Source of the DNA: Candidatus Moraniibacteriota bacterium
GTDB lineage: Bacteria > Patescibacteriota > Minisyncoccia > Moranbacterales > UBA11712
Length of the DNA stretch: 64,000 nt
Assembly (NCBI GenBank): GCA_030679895.1
Contig: JAUXSN010000039.1
Span: 34,128 to 98,127 of the forward strand
Direction of reading: 5' to 3'
Below the pieces are notes generated by a model, which saw only the letters and a list, made by a program, of their open reading frames with translations, was not told the DNA's origin and searched no databases. The translations under genes were made by a program, and so were the position numbers. Positions 37,035 to 46,138 of the stretch are shown here, piece by piece (the first letter of the stretch is position 1; the number at the start of each line of letters is the position of its first letter).

Positions 37035-38222
37035 ATGCGCATCGCATATATCGGACAAAAAGGAATACCGGCCAAAATCGGTGGAGTCGAAAGATACGTC
37101 GACGAAGTGGCGGTTAGAATGGCAAAGAAAGGCCATGAGGTTTTTGTCTATGTGAGGAGCCACTACACCCCTCAAAATATGAAGAGCTACAAAGGAGTAA
37201 AGCTGGTTCATCTGCCGACAATCAAGACCAAGCACCTCGATGCCATCTTGCATACTTTTTTTTCGACGATCCATGCCCTTTTTCAAAATTACGACGCGAT
37301 ACACTACCATTCTCTCGGCCCGACATCTCTTTCTTTTGTTCCCAAGATTTTTTGCCGCAAGACTGCAATTATCGCAACCTATCAATCACAAGATTATTAC
37401 CAAGCTAAATGGGGATTTTTGGCGCGCTTATATTTGCGTTTTGGCGAATTTATGACGCTTCATATGCCTGATAAGGTAATCTCGGTTTCTGAAATCCTGC
37501 GCAATTATGGCCTTAAATTTTATAGGAAGGATTCAATAATTATACCCAACGGCGTGACGCTATTCCGAAAAGCAGGATCTCTTAACATTTTCAAAAAATG
37601 GGATCTTAAGCGCGGAAGATATTTTTTGACGGTGAGCCGTCTTGTGCCGCACAAGGAAATTCACACGCTTATCAAAGCTTTCGCGAGTCTTAAAACGATG
37701 AAAAAAATAGATCGTGACTGGAAGCTTGTAATTGCTGGGGGAGGCAGTTACACAGATCGCTACGTGAAAGAGCTAAAAGACATGAATCGCGGGCGGAATG
37801 ATGTGATACTCGCCGGAGTGCAGAAAGGAGAAAAACTGGCCGCGCTTCTCCAGAACGCCTACGCCTTTGTCCAGCCTTCACGGTCGGAAGGCCTGTCGCT
37901 CGCGCTTCTTGAAGCCATGGGAGCGGGGCTGGCGCCGCTGGTGAGCGATATTCCGGAAAATATGTCCGCGGTCAAGGGAAACGGTTTTATTTTCCGGACC
38001 GGAGACGTTTTTGACCTCATGAACAAAATAGAATATCTTGTCAATAATCCCGGCAAGGTTAAAAAAGCCGGTCAAAAATCCATAGAGATAACGAAAGATT
38101 ACTATAATTGGGATAAAATCGTAAAAGAGATAGAAGCGGTTTATACTGAAGCTATTGAAGAGAAATCAAGAAAAAATTTTCGTCGGGAAATTAATTTCGC
38201 GAGGAAAACTCGCATTTTTTAA
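37035..38222 (+). CDS. Glycosyltransferase family 4
   Basis: VQPSRSEGLSLALLEAMGAGLAPLVSDIPEN matches the GT4 EX7E motif region. Confidence 0.7.
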   Translation: MRIAYIGQKGIPAKIGGVERYVDEVAVRMAKKGHEVFVYVRSHYTPQNMKSYKGVKLVHLPTIKTKHLDAILHTFFSTIHALFQNYDAIHYHSLGPTSLSFVPKIFCRKTAIIATYQSQDYYQAKWGFLARLYLRFGEFMTLHMPDKVISVSEILRNYGLKFYRKDSIIIPNGVTLFRKAGSLNIFKKWDLKRGRYFLTVSRLVPHKEIHTLIKAFASLKTMKKIDRDWKLVIAGGGSYTDRYVKELKDMNRGRNDVILAGVQKGEKLAALLQNAYAFVQPSRSEGLSLALLEAMGAGLAPLVSDIPENMSAVKGNGFIFRTGDVFDLMNKIEYLVNNPGKVKKAGQKSIEITKDYYNWDKIVKEIEAVYTEAIEEKSRKNFRREINFARKTRIF

Positions 38223-38230
38223 GAGTAAAT

Positions 38231-39064
38231 ATGCCTAATACGTCCAAACTCAAAAACTTCCTCTCTCGCATAATCTTTATCGCCCTCGTCGGTGCGTTGG
38301 TCGCTTTTGTCTATTCCATGTTTCTTCCCAGATATTGGCAAGTGACCGGAAAAATCGTGGTTGTGCCGTCCGGGACATCGGTGACGGCAGGACAGAACTT
38401 ATATTTAGAAGCTGGGAATACGGCGGAAATCATGAATAGCCCGAGTTTCAAAAAAAACATTTTGGGCGATGATGCCAAGAATTATGATCATACGGAAACA
38501 GTTAAGAATTCTTCGACGGTCGCGGTAATTTTTTTAGCCACGGAAGCGGATATTAAATCAGCCGAAGATATAATCGTCACCTTACCGGAAAAAATAGCAA
38601 CCCATGCACGGGATCTGTATAGCGGCCAGCCTTTTAAATATCTTCTCGTGAGCGATCCGGAAGTCTCGGGAAGCCTGGTAAAGCCGGATGTTTATAAAAA
38701 TATTGCCTGGGGATTTTTGGCGGGCGCTATCATCTTTCTTTTATATTGGATTTTCATCGAAACTTTGCGAACGGCGCCCTCGGAAGCGGAAGAAAAATTT
38801 TCTGAAGAAAAACCGATCGTGCCGGATCTGCGGCCTGTTATTTCGCCTGCCATAGAACCGGAAATCGAAAAAGTTCCGGAGCCGGAAATTTTTTCCGCGC
38901 CGGAGCCGAAAGCGGAAGCGATTATCACTCCGCGCGATATGCAAAATGTCGCCCCTTCCAACCTTCCTATCGCCGAGGAAGATGAAACTCCGGCTGAAAT
39001 TCAGGAGCCAAGCGACGAGGAAGTGAAAGATAGACTCAACAAGTTAATGAGAGGGGAGCTATAA
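38231..39064 (+). CDS. Wzz/CpsC-like two-TM polysaccharide co-polymerase-like protein with acidic Pro/Glu-rich tail
   Basis: The N-terminal TM (IIFIALVGALVAFVYSMFLPRY) is followed by an extracytoplasmic region and a second TM (AWGFLAGAIIFLLYWIF). The C-terminus has PE repeats. Confidence 0.45.
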   Translation: MPNTSKLKNFLSRIIFIALVGALVAFVYSMFLPRYWQVTGKIVVVPSGTSVTAGQNLYLEAGNTAEIMNSPSFKKNILGDDAKNYDHTETVKNSSTVAVIFLATEADIKSAEDIIVTLPEKIATHARDLYSGQPFKYLLVSDPEVSGSLVKPDVYKNIAWGFLAGAIIFLLYWIFIETLRTAPSEAEEKFSEEKPIVPDLRPVISPAIEPEIEKVPEPEIFSAPEPKAEAIITPRDMQNVAPSNLPIAEEDETPAEIQEPSDEEVKDRLNKLMRGEL

Positions 39065-39179
39065 AAAGCTCAAAGCTAAAAGCGCAAAGCGTAAAGCCAC
39101 AGCTAAAAACTCAAAACTAACTTCATTGAAATTTTAGCTTTAAGCCGTGGTTTTATCAAAGCTTAAGGGAGGATGATTC

Positions 39180-39407
39180 ATGGCTTATCACTCGAGGAAG
39201 GGCGGCGGATTTAATAAAAAATCCGCGATAGATCACCTAGGGGAATTTAGCAAATCCCTCCAGCCGATCCAGGATGATCTATTTGATGAATGCGGTATAG
39301 AAGGGGAGGAAAAGGCCATAAACCAGCTAGCCATGCTCGTGTCGGGCGCGAGAAGCGCGATAGATATGGCGGTTGGGTTTATAAAACACCGAATGCCAAA
39401 GAAATAG
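39180..39407 (+). CDS. Small hypothetical protein
   Basis: A 75-aa ORF with GGGAGG upstream. A terminator hairpin (gaagggtaccggaatagcggacccttc + T-run) lies at 39442-39475. Confidence 0.35.
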   Translation: MAYHSRKGGGFNKKSAIDHLGEFSKSLQPIQDDLFDECGIEGEEKAINQLAMLVSGARSAIDMAVGFIKHRMPKK

Positions 39408-39537
39408 TACCATGTTCGAGGTGAAATCTCGACAAACCAGAAGGGTACCGGAATAGCGGACCCTTCTTTTCTTTATCAATTTTGATTTTTTTGATGAGAT
39501 GGGGTAATATGAAAATACTAAAAGTGCCAAGAGTTAT

Positions 39538-39579
39538 CCTAAAGTTTAGCTTTAGGAGCGCCTAAAGCTAAACTTTAGG
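39538..39579. repeat. REP doublet: cctaaagtttagctttagg + agcg + cctaaagctaaactttagg (loops in opposite orientation)
   Basis: Two 19-bp CCTAA..TTAGG palindromes lie 4 nt apart with reverse-complementary loops, a BIME-like arrangement just upstream of rfbC. Confidence 0.7.
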
Positions 39580-39587
39580 ATAAAAAG

Positions 39588-40139
39588 ATGGAATTTATAA
39601 AAACTACTCTAAAAGACGTCTATCTTATCAAGCCCAAAGTCTTTCAGGACGAGCGGGGTTTTTTTCTTGAGTCATATAGCGAAAAAGTTTTTGCCGAAAA
39701 CGGAATTGAAGCGAAATTTGTGCAGGATAACCATTCTCTTTCGGTGAAAAAAGGCGTGCTGCGAGGACTTCATTTCCAAAATCTGCCGCACGAACAGGCA
39801 AAGCTGGTGCGGGTGACGCGCGGGAAAGTATATGACGTCATTGTCGATCTGCGCAAAGATTCCGAAACTTTCGGAAAATGGGAAGGTTTTGAGCTATCCA
39901 CTGACAATTTCCAAATGCTTTTCATTCCGCGCGGATTCGGCCACGCGTACTGCACACTCGAAGACAATACGGAATTTATGTATAAAGTAGACAATTTTTA
40001 CGCTCCGGAAGCCGATTCCGGAATCATCTGGAACGATCCGGATTTAGCTATCAGCTGGCCGATCAAAAATCCGATTCTTTCGGAAAAAGACAGTAAGCTG
40101 CAAAAATTTAAAGATTTTATTTCACCGTTCAAATTATGA
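39588..40139 (+). CDS. rfbC: dTDP-4-dehydrorhamnose 3,5-epimerase
   Basis: KPKVFQDERGFFLESYSE, VQDNHSLSVKKGVLRGLHFQ and the YAPE region match the conserved RmlC cupin motifs. Confidence 0.85.
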   Translation: MEFIKTTLKDVYLIKPKVFQDERGFFLESYSEKVFAENGIEAKFVQDNHSLSVKKGVLRGLHFQNLPHEQAKLVRVTRGKVYDVIVDLRKDSETFGKWEGFELSTDNFQMLFIPRGFGHAYCTLEDNTEFMYKVDNFYAPEADSGIIWNDPDLAISWPIKNPILSEKDSKLQKFKDFISPFKL

Positions 40140-41143
40140 AATTATTAATCACCGGCGGTGCGGGGTTCATTGGAAGTAATTTCATCCGGTATATTCTAAA
40201 CAAATACCCGGACTACAAAATCGTAAACCTGGATCTTTTGACATACGCGGGGAATTTGGAAAACTTGAGGGATGTTGAAAATAACCCCAATTATAAATTC
40301 ATAAAAGGCGACATCGCGGACAAGAATTTAGCTAATGATTTGGCAAAAGACGCGGATATTATCGTCAACTTTGCGGCTGAATCGCATGTGGATCGCTCGA
40401 TTTTGGACAGCGCGGCGTTCATCCACACCAATATTCTCGGAACGCATAATCTGCTCGAAGCGGCCAGAAATAACGGCCTCAAAAGATTCCATCATATCTC
40501 CACGGACGAAGTCTACGGCCATCTCGGCCCGAATGACCCCGCGTTTAACGAGAAGACGCCCTATGCGCCTCGCAGTCCCTACAGCGCCTCAAAAGCCGCC
40601 GCTGACCATCTGGTGATGGCCTATTTTCACACGTACAATCTGCCAGTCACAATTTCGAACTGCTCAAACAACTACGGCCCTTATCAATTTCCGGAAAAAC
40701 TTCACGGATTATTTATTACTAACTTATTGGAGGGGAAAAAAGTGCCGGTTTATGGCGACGGCCGGCAAGTCCGCGACTGGCTTTTTGTTTCGGACCATTG
40801 CGAAGCCATCGATTTGATAATCCATAAAGGAAAGATTGGCGAAACATATTGCGTCGGCGGCAACTGCGAAAAACCGAATCTCGAGATAACCCAAAAAATT
40901 CTGGAACTTCTCGGAAAAGGCGAAGAGATGATAGAATACGTGAAAGACCGTCCCGGACACGATCGCCGCTACGCGATGAATTTCGCGAAAATAAAAAGCG
41001 AACTGGGTTGGGAGCCGCGGACGAATTTTGACGAAGGAATGCGAAAAACAGTCGAGTGGTATAAAAATAACGAGGATTGGTGGAAAACAATCAAGAGCGG
41101 GGAATATTTGAAATATTATGAAAAGCAGTATAAAGAAAGATAA
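40136..41143 (+). CDS. rfbB: dTDP-glucose 4,6-dehydratase
   Basis: MKLLITGGAGFIGSNF is the Rossmann motif and the YSASKAA catalytic motif is present. The start overlaps the rfbC stop. Confidence 0.85.
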   Translation: MKLLITGGAGFIGSNFIRYILNKYPDYKIVNLDLLTYAGNLENLRDVENNPNYKFIKGDIADKNLANDLAKDADIIVNFAAESHVDRSILDSAAFIHTNILGTHNLLEAARNNGLKRFHHISTDEVYGHLGPNDPAFNEKTPYAPRSPYSASKAAADHLVMAYFHTYNLPVTISNCSNNYGPYQFPEKLHGLFITNLLEGKKVPVYGDGRQVRDWLFVSDHCEAIDLIIHKGKIGETYCVGGNCEKPNLEITQKILELLGKGEEMIEYVKDRPGHDRRYAMNFAKIKSELGWEPRTNFDEGMRKTVEWYKNNEDWWKTIKSGEYLKYYEKQYKER

Positions 41144-41145
41144 TT

Positions 41146-42015
41146 ATGAAAAATAAAGTCCTCATCATTGGTTCCCACGGAATGCTTGGCCAGGATCTGG
41201 TGAAAGTTTTTGAAAAAGATATGAACTGGGAGGTTTTTGCTTATGACCGGGGAGAAATCGATATAACTTCCGAAGAAAGTTTGCGAAAAAAAATCGACGA
41301 ATTTGAGCCGAGCGTGGTCATCAATGCAACGGGATATAACGCGGTGGATAAATGCGAATCGGACGAGATCGAATATGAACTGGCGAAAAAAATAAACGGC
41401 TATGGCCCGGGAATTTTGGCAAAAATATGCAAAGAAAAAGATATTCCGGTGGTTCATTATGTCAGTGATTATATCTTCGACGGCGAAAAGGGAGAATATG
41501 CCGAAAACGACAAACCGAATCCGATCAGCAACTACGGCCGGTCAAAACTGTTAGGGGAAGAAGAAATTAAGAAAAACACAGACAAATATTATCTCATCCG
41601 CACCTCCAAACTTTTCGGAGCTCACGGAAAATCAACGATGTCCAAGCGCAGTTTTTTTGACACGATGATCCATTTTTCCAAAGACAACAGTCTTATGAAA
41701 ATTGTCGATGAAGAAAAAAGCTGTTTTACCTATACGCCGGATTTGGCGCTGGAGACCAAAAAAATGATCGAAGAGCCGGTTCCTTTCGGGATTTATCACG
41801 TGGTGAATGAAGGTCCCTGCACCTGGTACGAAGCGGCTTGCGAATTGTTCAAGCTGGCGAAAATTGAAGTGGAAGTGGTGCCGGTTCCGTCATCCGAATT
41901 TCCCCGTCCCGCCAAAAGACCGCCTTCGTCGGTGCTCGTGAACACAAAATTGAAACCGCTCCGAAACTATAAAGACGCCCTTAAGGAATATTTGGATAAA
42001 AATTATAATTTCTAA
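41146..42015 (+). CDS. rfbD: dTDP-4-dehydrorhamnose reductase
   Basis: VLIIGSHGMLGQDL is the Rossmann motif and YGRSK the catalytic motif. The length (~290 aa) fits, and the start is 3 nt after the rfbB stop. Confidence 0.8.
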   Translation: MKNKVLIIGSHGMLGQDLVKVFEKDMNWEVFAYDRGEIDITSEESLRKKIDEFEPSVVINATGYNAVDKCESDEIEYELAKKINGYGPGILAKICKEKDIPVVHYVSDYIFDGEKGEYAENDKPNPISNYGRSKLLGEEEIKKNTDKYYLIRTSKLFGAHGKSTMSKRSFFDTMIHFSKDNSLMKIVDEEKSCFTYTPDLALETKKMIEEPVPFGIYHVVNEGPCTWYEAACELFKLAKIEVEVVPVPSSEFPRPAKRPPSSVLVNTKLKPLRNYKDALKEYLDKNYNF

Positions 42016-42018
42016 ATT

Positions 42019-42831
42019 ATGAGTAAAAAGCAAATGAAAGGCATTGTGCTGGCCGGTGGCACGGCCACAAGGTTGTTTCCCCTTACCGCGACAACCAGCA
42101 AGCAATTGCTGCCTGTTTATGACCGGCAAATGGTGTTTTATCCCCTAAATGTCTTGGTTAAGGCGGGGATAAAAGATATTCTGGTCATTGTTGCTCCGGA
42201 ACATTCGGGCCAATTTTTGAATCTTTTAGGATCAATTTTCAAAAACTACGGAATCCATCTTTATTTTGAAGTCCAAAAAGTTCCGCGAGGGCTGGCGGAC
42301 GCTTTTATCCAGGGAGAATCTTTTATCGATGAAGGCAATGTGACAATGATACTGGGAGACAATATCTTTGAAGATGATTTATCGGGCCACATCAAGAATT
42401 TTGCTTCGGGCGGCATGATTTTCGCAAAACAAGTTCCGGATCCGGAACGTTTCGGAGTGGTGGACTTTGACGCGCAAGGCAAAGCGCTTTCCATTGAGGA
42501 AAAACCGGAAAATCCAAAAAGCAATTTTTGCGTGACAGGAGCGTATATCTATGACAACAGGGTGGTGGAGATCGCGAAAAATTTGAAACCTTCAACGAGG
42601 GGCGAAATAGAAATAACCAGCATCAATCAGAAATATCTTGAAATGGGGGAATTGGCAGTGAACACGATCTCGGGCGAATGGCTGGATGCCGGAACTTATG
42701 ACTCGCTTCTCGCGGCGGGCAACATCGTCAAGGACAAAGGAATTAATAAAAACTTTGATCCGCTGATTGACAAGGCTATTTCCGAATTCAATATGGAGCT
42801 CAAAGCGATCGCGAAAAAAAAGTTGTTATAG
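42019..42831 (+). CDS. rfbA: Glucose-1-phosphate thymidylyltransferase
   Basis: MKGIVLAGGTATRLFPLTATTSKQLLPVYDRQMVFYPL aligns with the RmlA N-terminus (GGSGTRLYPIT..KQLLPIYDKPMIYYPL). Confidence 0.75.
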   Translation: MSKKQMKGIVLAGGTATRLFPLTATTSKQLLPVYDRQMVFYPLNVLVKAGIKDILVIVAPEHSGQFLNLLGSIFKNYGIHLYFEVQKVPRGLADAFIQGESFIDEGNVTMILGDNIFEDDLSGHIKNFASGGMIFAKQVPDPERFGVVDFDAQGKALSIEEKPENPKSNFCVTGAYIYDNRVVEIAKNLKPSTRGEIEITSINQKYLEMGELAVNTISGEWLDAGTYDSLLAAGNIVKDKGINKNFDPLIDKAISEFNMELKAIAKKKLL

Positions 42832-42859
42832 TATTTAGTAACTATTCATTCTATATTCT

Positions 42860-43717
42860 ATGAAGATCAAAAAAGCGATTATCGCCGTGGCCGGATCAGG
42901 AACGCGTTTTTTGCCGGCCACGAAAGCCATGCCCAAAGAAATGCTTCCGATCGTCGATAAGCCGATCATTCAGCTGGTAGTTGAAGAACTGGTCGAGGCG
43001 GGGATCGAAGATATTATTTTGGTTACCAAATGGGACAAAAAACCTTTGGAGGACCATTTTGATTATAGCTGGGCTTTGGAAAATGATCTGGAAAAAAACG
43101 GCAAACTGGAACTTTTGAAAAAAATTAGAAAAGTTTCGGAGATGGCAAATTTTATTTATGTCCGTCAGAAGGGGCCGTATGGAAACGGAACGCCTGTTCT
43201 TTCCGCCGCCAGTCTTGTTGATGATGAGCCATTCGTGTTCGTTTGGGGAGACGATCTTGTGAAATCAAAAGTTTCTTTCACGAAACAAATGATCGAAGAT
43301 TACGAAAAAAACGGAAAACCGATGATTGGTGTGCAAAAAGTCGCAAAAGAAGATGTTGTGCGCTACGGAATAGTCAAACTGAGAGAAGGAACAAATGTAA
43401 TTGAGGATATCATAGAAAAGCCATCTGTTGAAGATGCGCCCTCGCAATTGGCTGACTTCGGCCGGATGATCTTAAATCAAGAAATTATTGACGTTCTCAA
43501 AAAAACAGCGCTGGGAAAGGGAAATGAGCTTTGGATCACCGACGCAATAAAGAGTTATGTAAAAAACGGCGGAATATTTCTGGCGAAAGAAATAAAAGAC
43601 GGCCAATGGCTTACGACCGGCGATCCACTCAATTATCTCAAAGCCTTATTGGTATACGCTTTTGAAAGAGAAGATATCGGGGAGGATCTTAAAAAGTTTA
43701 TAAAATCGAAAGTATAA
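42860..43717 (+). CDS. galU: UTP--glucose-1-phosphate uridylyltransferase
   Basis: KAIIAVAGSGTRFLPATKAMPKEMLPIVDKPIIQLVVEELVEAGIEDIILVT is a near-canonical GalU N-terminus. Confidence 0.85.
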   Translation: MKIKKAIIAVAGSGTRFLPATKAMPKEMLPIVDKPIIQLVVEELVEAGIEDIILVTKWDKKPLEDHFDYSWALENDLEKNGKLELLKKIRKVSEMANFIYVRQKGPYGNGTPVLSAASLVDDEPFVFVWGDDLVKSKVSFTKQMIEDYEKNGKPMIGVQKVAKEDVVRYGIVKLREGTNVIEDIIEKPSVEDAPSQLADFGRMILNQEIIDVLKKTALGKGNELWITDAIKSYVKNGGIFLAKEIKDGQWLTTGDPLNYLKALLVYAFEREDIGEDLKKFIKSKV

Positions 43718-43976
43718 TAAAAGGGCTCTGCAATGCAGCAGAGCCGGAGGGTGATAGCGCTACCGCGCAACTTAAGGGGCAAGCGCCTAGAGCTTCGGTA
43801 CATCGGCCAAAGTATTTATTGCGCTGAAGACCGCAACCTTAACTTCTAGTCAGGGTGTTACCCTTTTGTCCCTCTGCTACTTGCCGTAAGAGCTTGATTC
43901 CCGACTCACCCCTTAGAGTCAGCTGTCTTAGACAAAGAGAGGCTTTCGCGCCATCATTTAATAAAAGTATATAACA

Positions 43977-45119
43977 ATGAAAATTGCTGTCAACGCGGCC
44001 GATCTTGATCATTCACGGATTGACGGCACGCGTATTTATATCCAAAATATTTTGAAAAACTTTGGTCCCGCCTCTCGCGATCGGCGGGACCATTTTTTGA
44101 TTTACCATAAAAACAAACTCAATCCGGAACTAATTTTTCCTGTTTTTGATAATTATTCCATAAAAAAGCTGCCTTTCCCTTTCTATTGGACGCAAACCAG
44201 ATTTGCCTGGGAAATTTTCCGGACTCGGCCCGATGTTTTATGGATGCCGATGCATTCCTTGCCGTATCTTAGGAGCAAGAAAACGAAAACCGTTGTGACG
44301 ATCCATGACCTGGCCTTTAAGTTCTTCCCGCAATTTTTCAATAGAAAGGATCTGCGAAGATTGAATTTTTTTACCGACTACGCGGTTCGCAATGCCGATC
44401 GCCTCATTGCCGTTTCCAATTCGACTAAAAAAGATATTCTAAAACTTTATCCGGAGACAAAGGAAGACAAAATAAAAGTCATCTACCACGGCTATGATAA
44501 AGATTTATTTAATGAAAATATTTCGGAAGAAGAAATGAATGAAGTAAAATCTCGTTACGGGTTACCTGCCTCGCCGTCAGGCAGGCGCGTTTCACGTTAC
44601 GTGATTTATGTCGGCGCCTTGCAGCCTCGCAAAAACCTTGATGTTCTGGTTGACGCTTTTGAGTCTTTGCGCCGCGATGAATCGTATAAAGATATAGGGC
44701 TTGTAATCGCCGGTGATTTGGGCTGGATGTACAAAGATTTTCTTAAAAGGATAGAAACTAATCCCGCCATTACGGCGATCGGAAAATTTGAAACGAGAGA
44801 TCTCCCGATGCTTCTTCGAGGAGCGGAAGCGCTTATTTTCCCGTCGCTCTATGAGGGATTCGGTTTGCCGGCGCTCGAAGCTATGGCCTGCGGGGTGCCG
44901 GTTATCGCGGCGGATAATTCAAGCCTTGCGGAAATAGTTGGCGAGGCGGGAATCCTTTTTGACGCTTATTCAAGGGATAATTTAGCTAAGTCTTTGATAA
45001 AAATTCTGGAAAGTGATAAACTGCGAGATGACCTTCAGCAGAAAGGGCTCGAGAGAGTGAAAGGTTTTTCATGGGAAAAATGCGCGAGAGAGACGCTGGA
45101 ATGGTTAACAAAATGGTGA
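43977..45119 (+). CDS. Glycosyltransferase family 4
   Basis: FPSLYEGFGLPALEAMACGVPVIAADNSSLAEIVG is present. Confidence 0.7.
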   Translation: MKIAVNAADLDHSRIDGTRIYIQNILKNFGPASRDRRDHFLIYHKNKLNPELIFPVFDNYSIKKLPFPFYWTQTRFAWEIFRTRPDVLWMPMHSLPYLRSKKTKTVVTIHDLAFKFFPQFFNRKDLRRLNFFTDYAVRNADRLIAVSNSTKKDILKLYPETKEDKIKVIYHGYDKDLFNENISEEEMNEVKSRYGLPASPSGRRVSRYVIYVGALQPRKNLDVLVDAFESLRRDESYKDIGLVIAGDLGWMYKDFLKRIETNPAITAIGKFETRDLPMLLRGAEALIFPSLYEGFGLPALEAMACGVPVIAADNSSLAEIVGEAGILFDAYSRDNLAKSLIKILESDKLRDDLQQKGLERVKGFSWEKCARETLEWLTKW

Positions 45120-45186
45120 TGTCTTAACATCATATTTATGTACTCATTAAAACTATCTTTAAGTTTTGAGCTTTGAGTTTGTCTGT

Positions 45187-46128
45187 ATGAAGAAAAAAAT
45201 AATTATTTTGGTCATCCTTTTTCTTCTTGGATTATTATTTTCTGACATATCTTTGGCTGCCAAAAAATCAAAATGGCAATCGATGCTGGAACGAAACAGC
45301 GTTCCGATTATTTATTGGCAGAAATATCTTCCCAAAGTCAGCCGGGGAGAATATCGGAAAGCGGTAAAAAATTATCAAGATAAAGAAGATAACGAAGAAG
45401 TGAATATTATTGAAGGAAAATATCCATTGCCCGACCCCGAGGGAAAAATCGCCCGCGAACAGCATCTCTGGCTTAAGGATAATCAGTCTTCCTCCAGCCA
45501 TTATAAGATGACGGATACTTCAAAATCATGCCAAAATGGAATGGCTGGCGGATACGGCGCGTTTGGTGCGCTCAATAGAGGAGACAAGGGCGAAGAAAAA
45601 TATTATGTCAATATGCGCTGGGGATACGCGGATTGGGTGGAACCCGAATCCGACCTTAAGGAAAAATTGGAAAAAAAGGATAAGTCACTGCTTTTGAAAT
45701 CGGCAGAAGGCTTTCCCAAGTCCGGTTACATAAAAATAGAAAGCGAATACATCAGATATTCCTCCAAAAGCGGGGACAAACTCAAGGGACTTTCAAGGGG
45801 TTATAAAAGTTCCGCTTCAGATCACGCAAAAGGCGATAACGCAAAACTGGAATATAAATATAAAGGCGGAAACTGGGAAAGAGTCACAAAAGTGATCAAT
45901 GTTGAAAAGAAGAAAAAGGATTGGTATAAGAGGAAAAAAGTTTTGGTGACGAATAACCGAAACGGGGAAAAAGTGGTGGCTTCGATACTCGAATCCGGTC
46001 CGGCTATTTGGACAGGGCGCGTGGGCGGCTTGTCGCCTGAAGCCTATGAAGCAATCGGCGCGAAGACAAACGAAAACTGCACGTTTCAGTATGTGGACGA
46101 AAAAACAAATCTTGGTTCTGTTAATTGA
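45187..46128 (+). CDS. Hypothetical secreted protein
   Basis: The start was moved to MKKKIIILVILFLLGLLFSDISLA (signal peptide). The mature protein is K/E-rich. Confidence 0.45.
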   Translation: MKKKIIILVILFLLGLLFSDISLAAKKSKWQSMLERNSVPIIYWQKYLPKVSRGEYRKAVKNYQDKEDNEEVNIIEGKYPLPDPEGKIAREQHLWLKDNQSSSSHYKMTDTSKSCQNGMAGGYGAFGALNRGDKGEEKYYVNMRWGYADWVEPESDLKEKLEKKDKSLLLKSAEGFPKSGYIKIESEYIRYSSKSGDKLKGLSRGYKSSASDHAKGDNAKLEYKYKGGNWERVTKVINVEKKKKDWYKRKKVLVTNNRNGEKVVASILESGPAIWTGRVGGLSPEAYEAIGAKTNENCTFQYVDEKTNLGSVN

Positions 46129-46138
46129 GACACTAACT

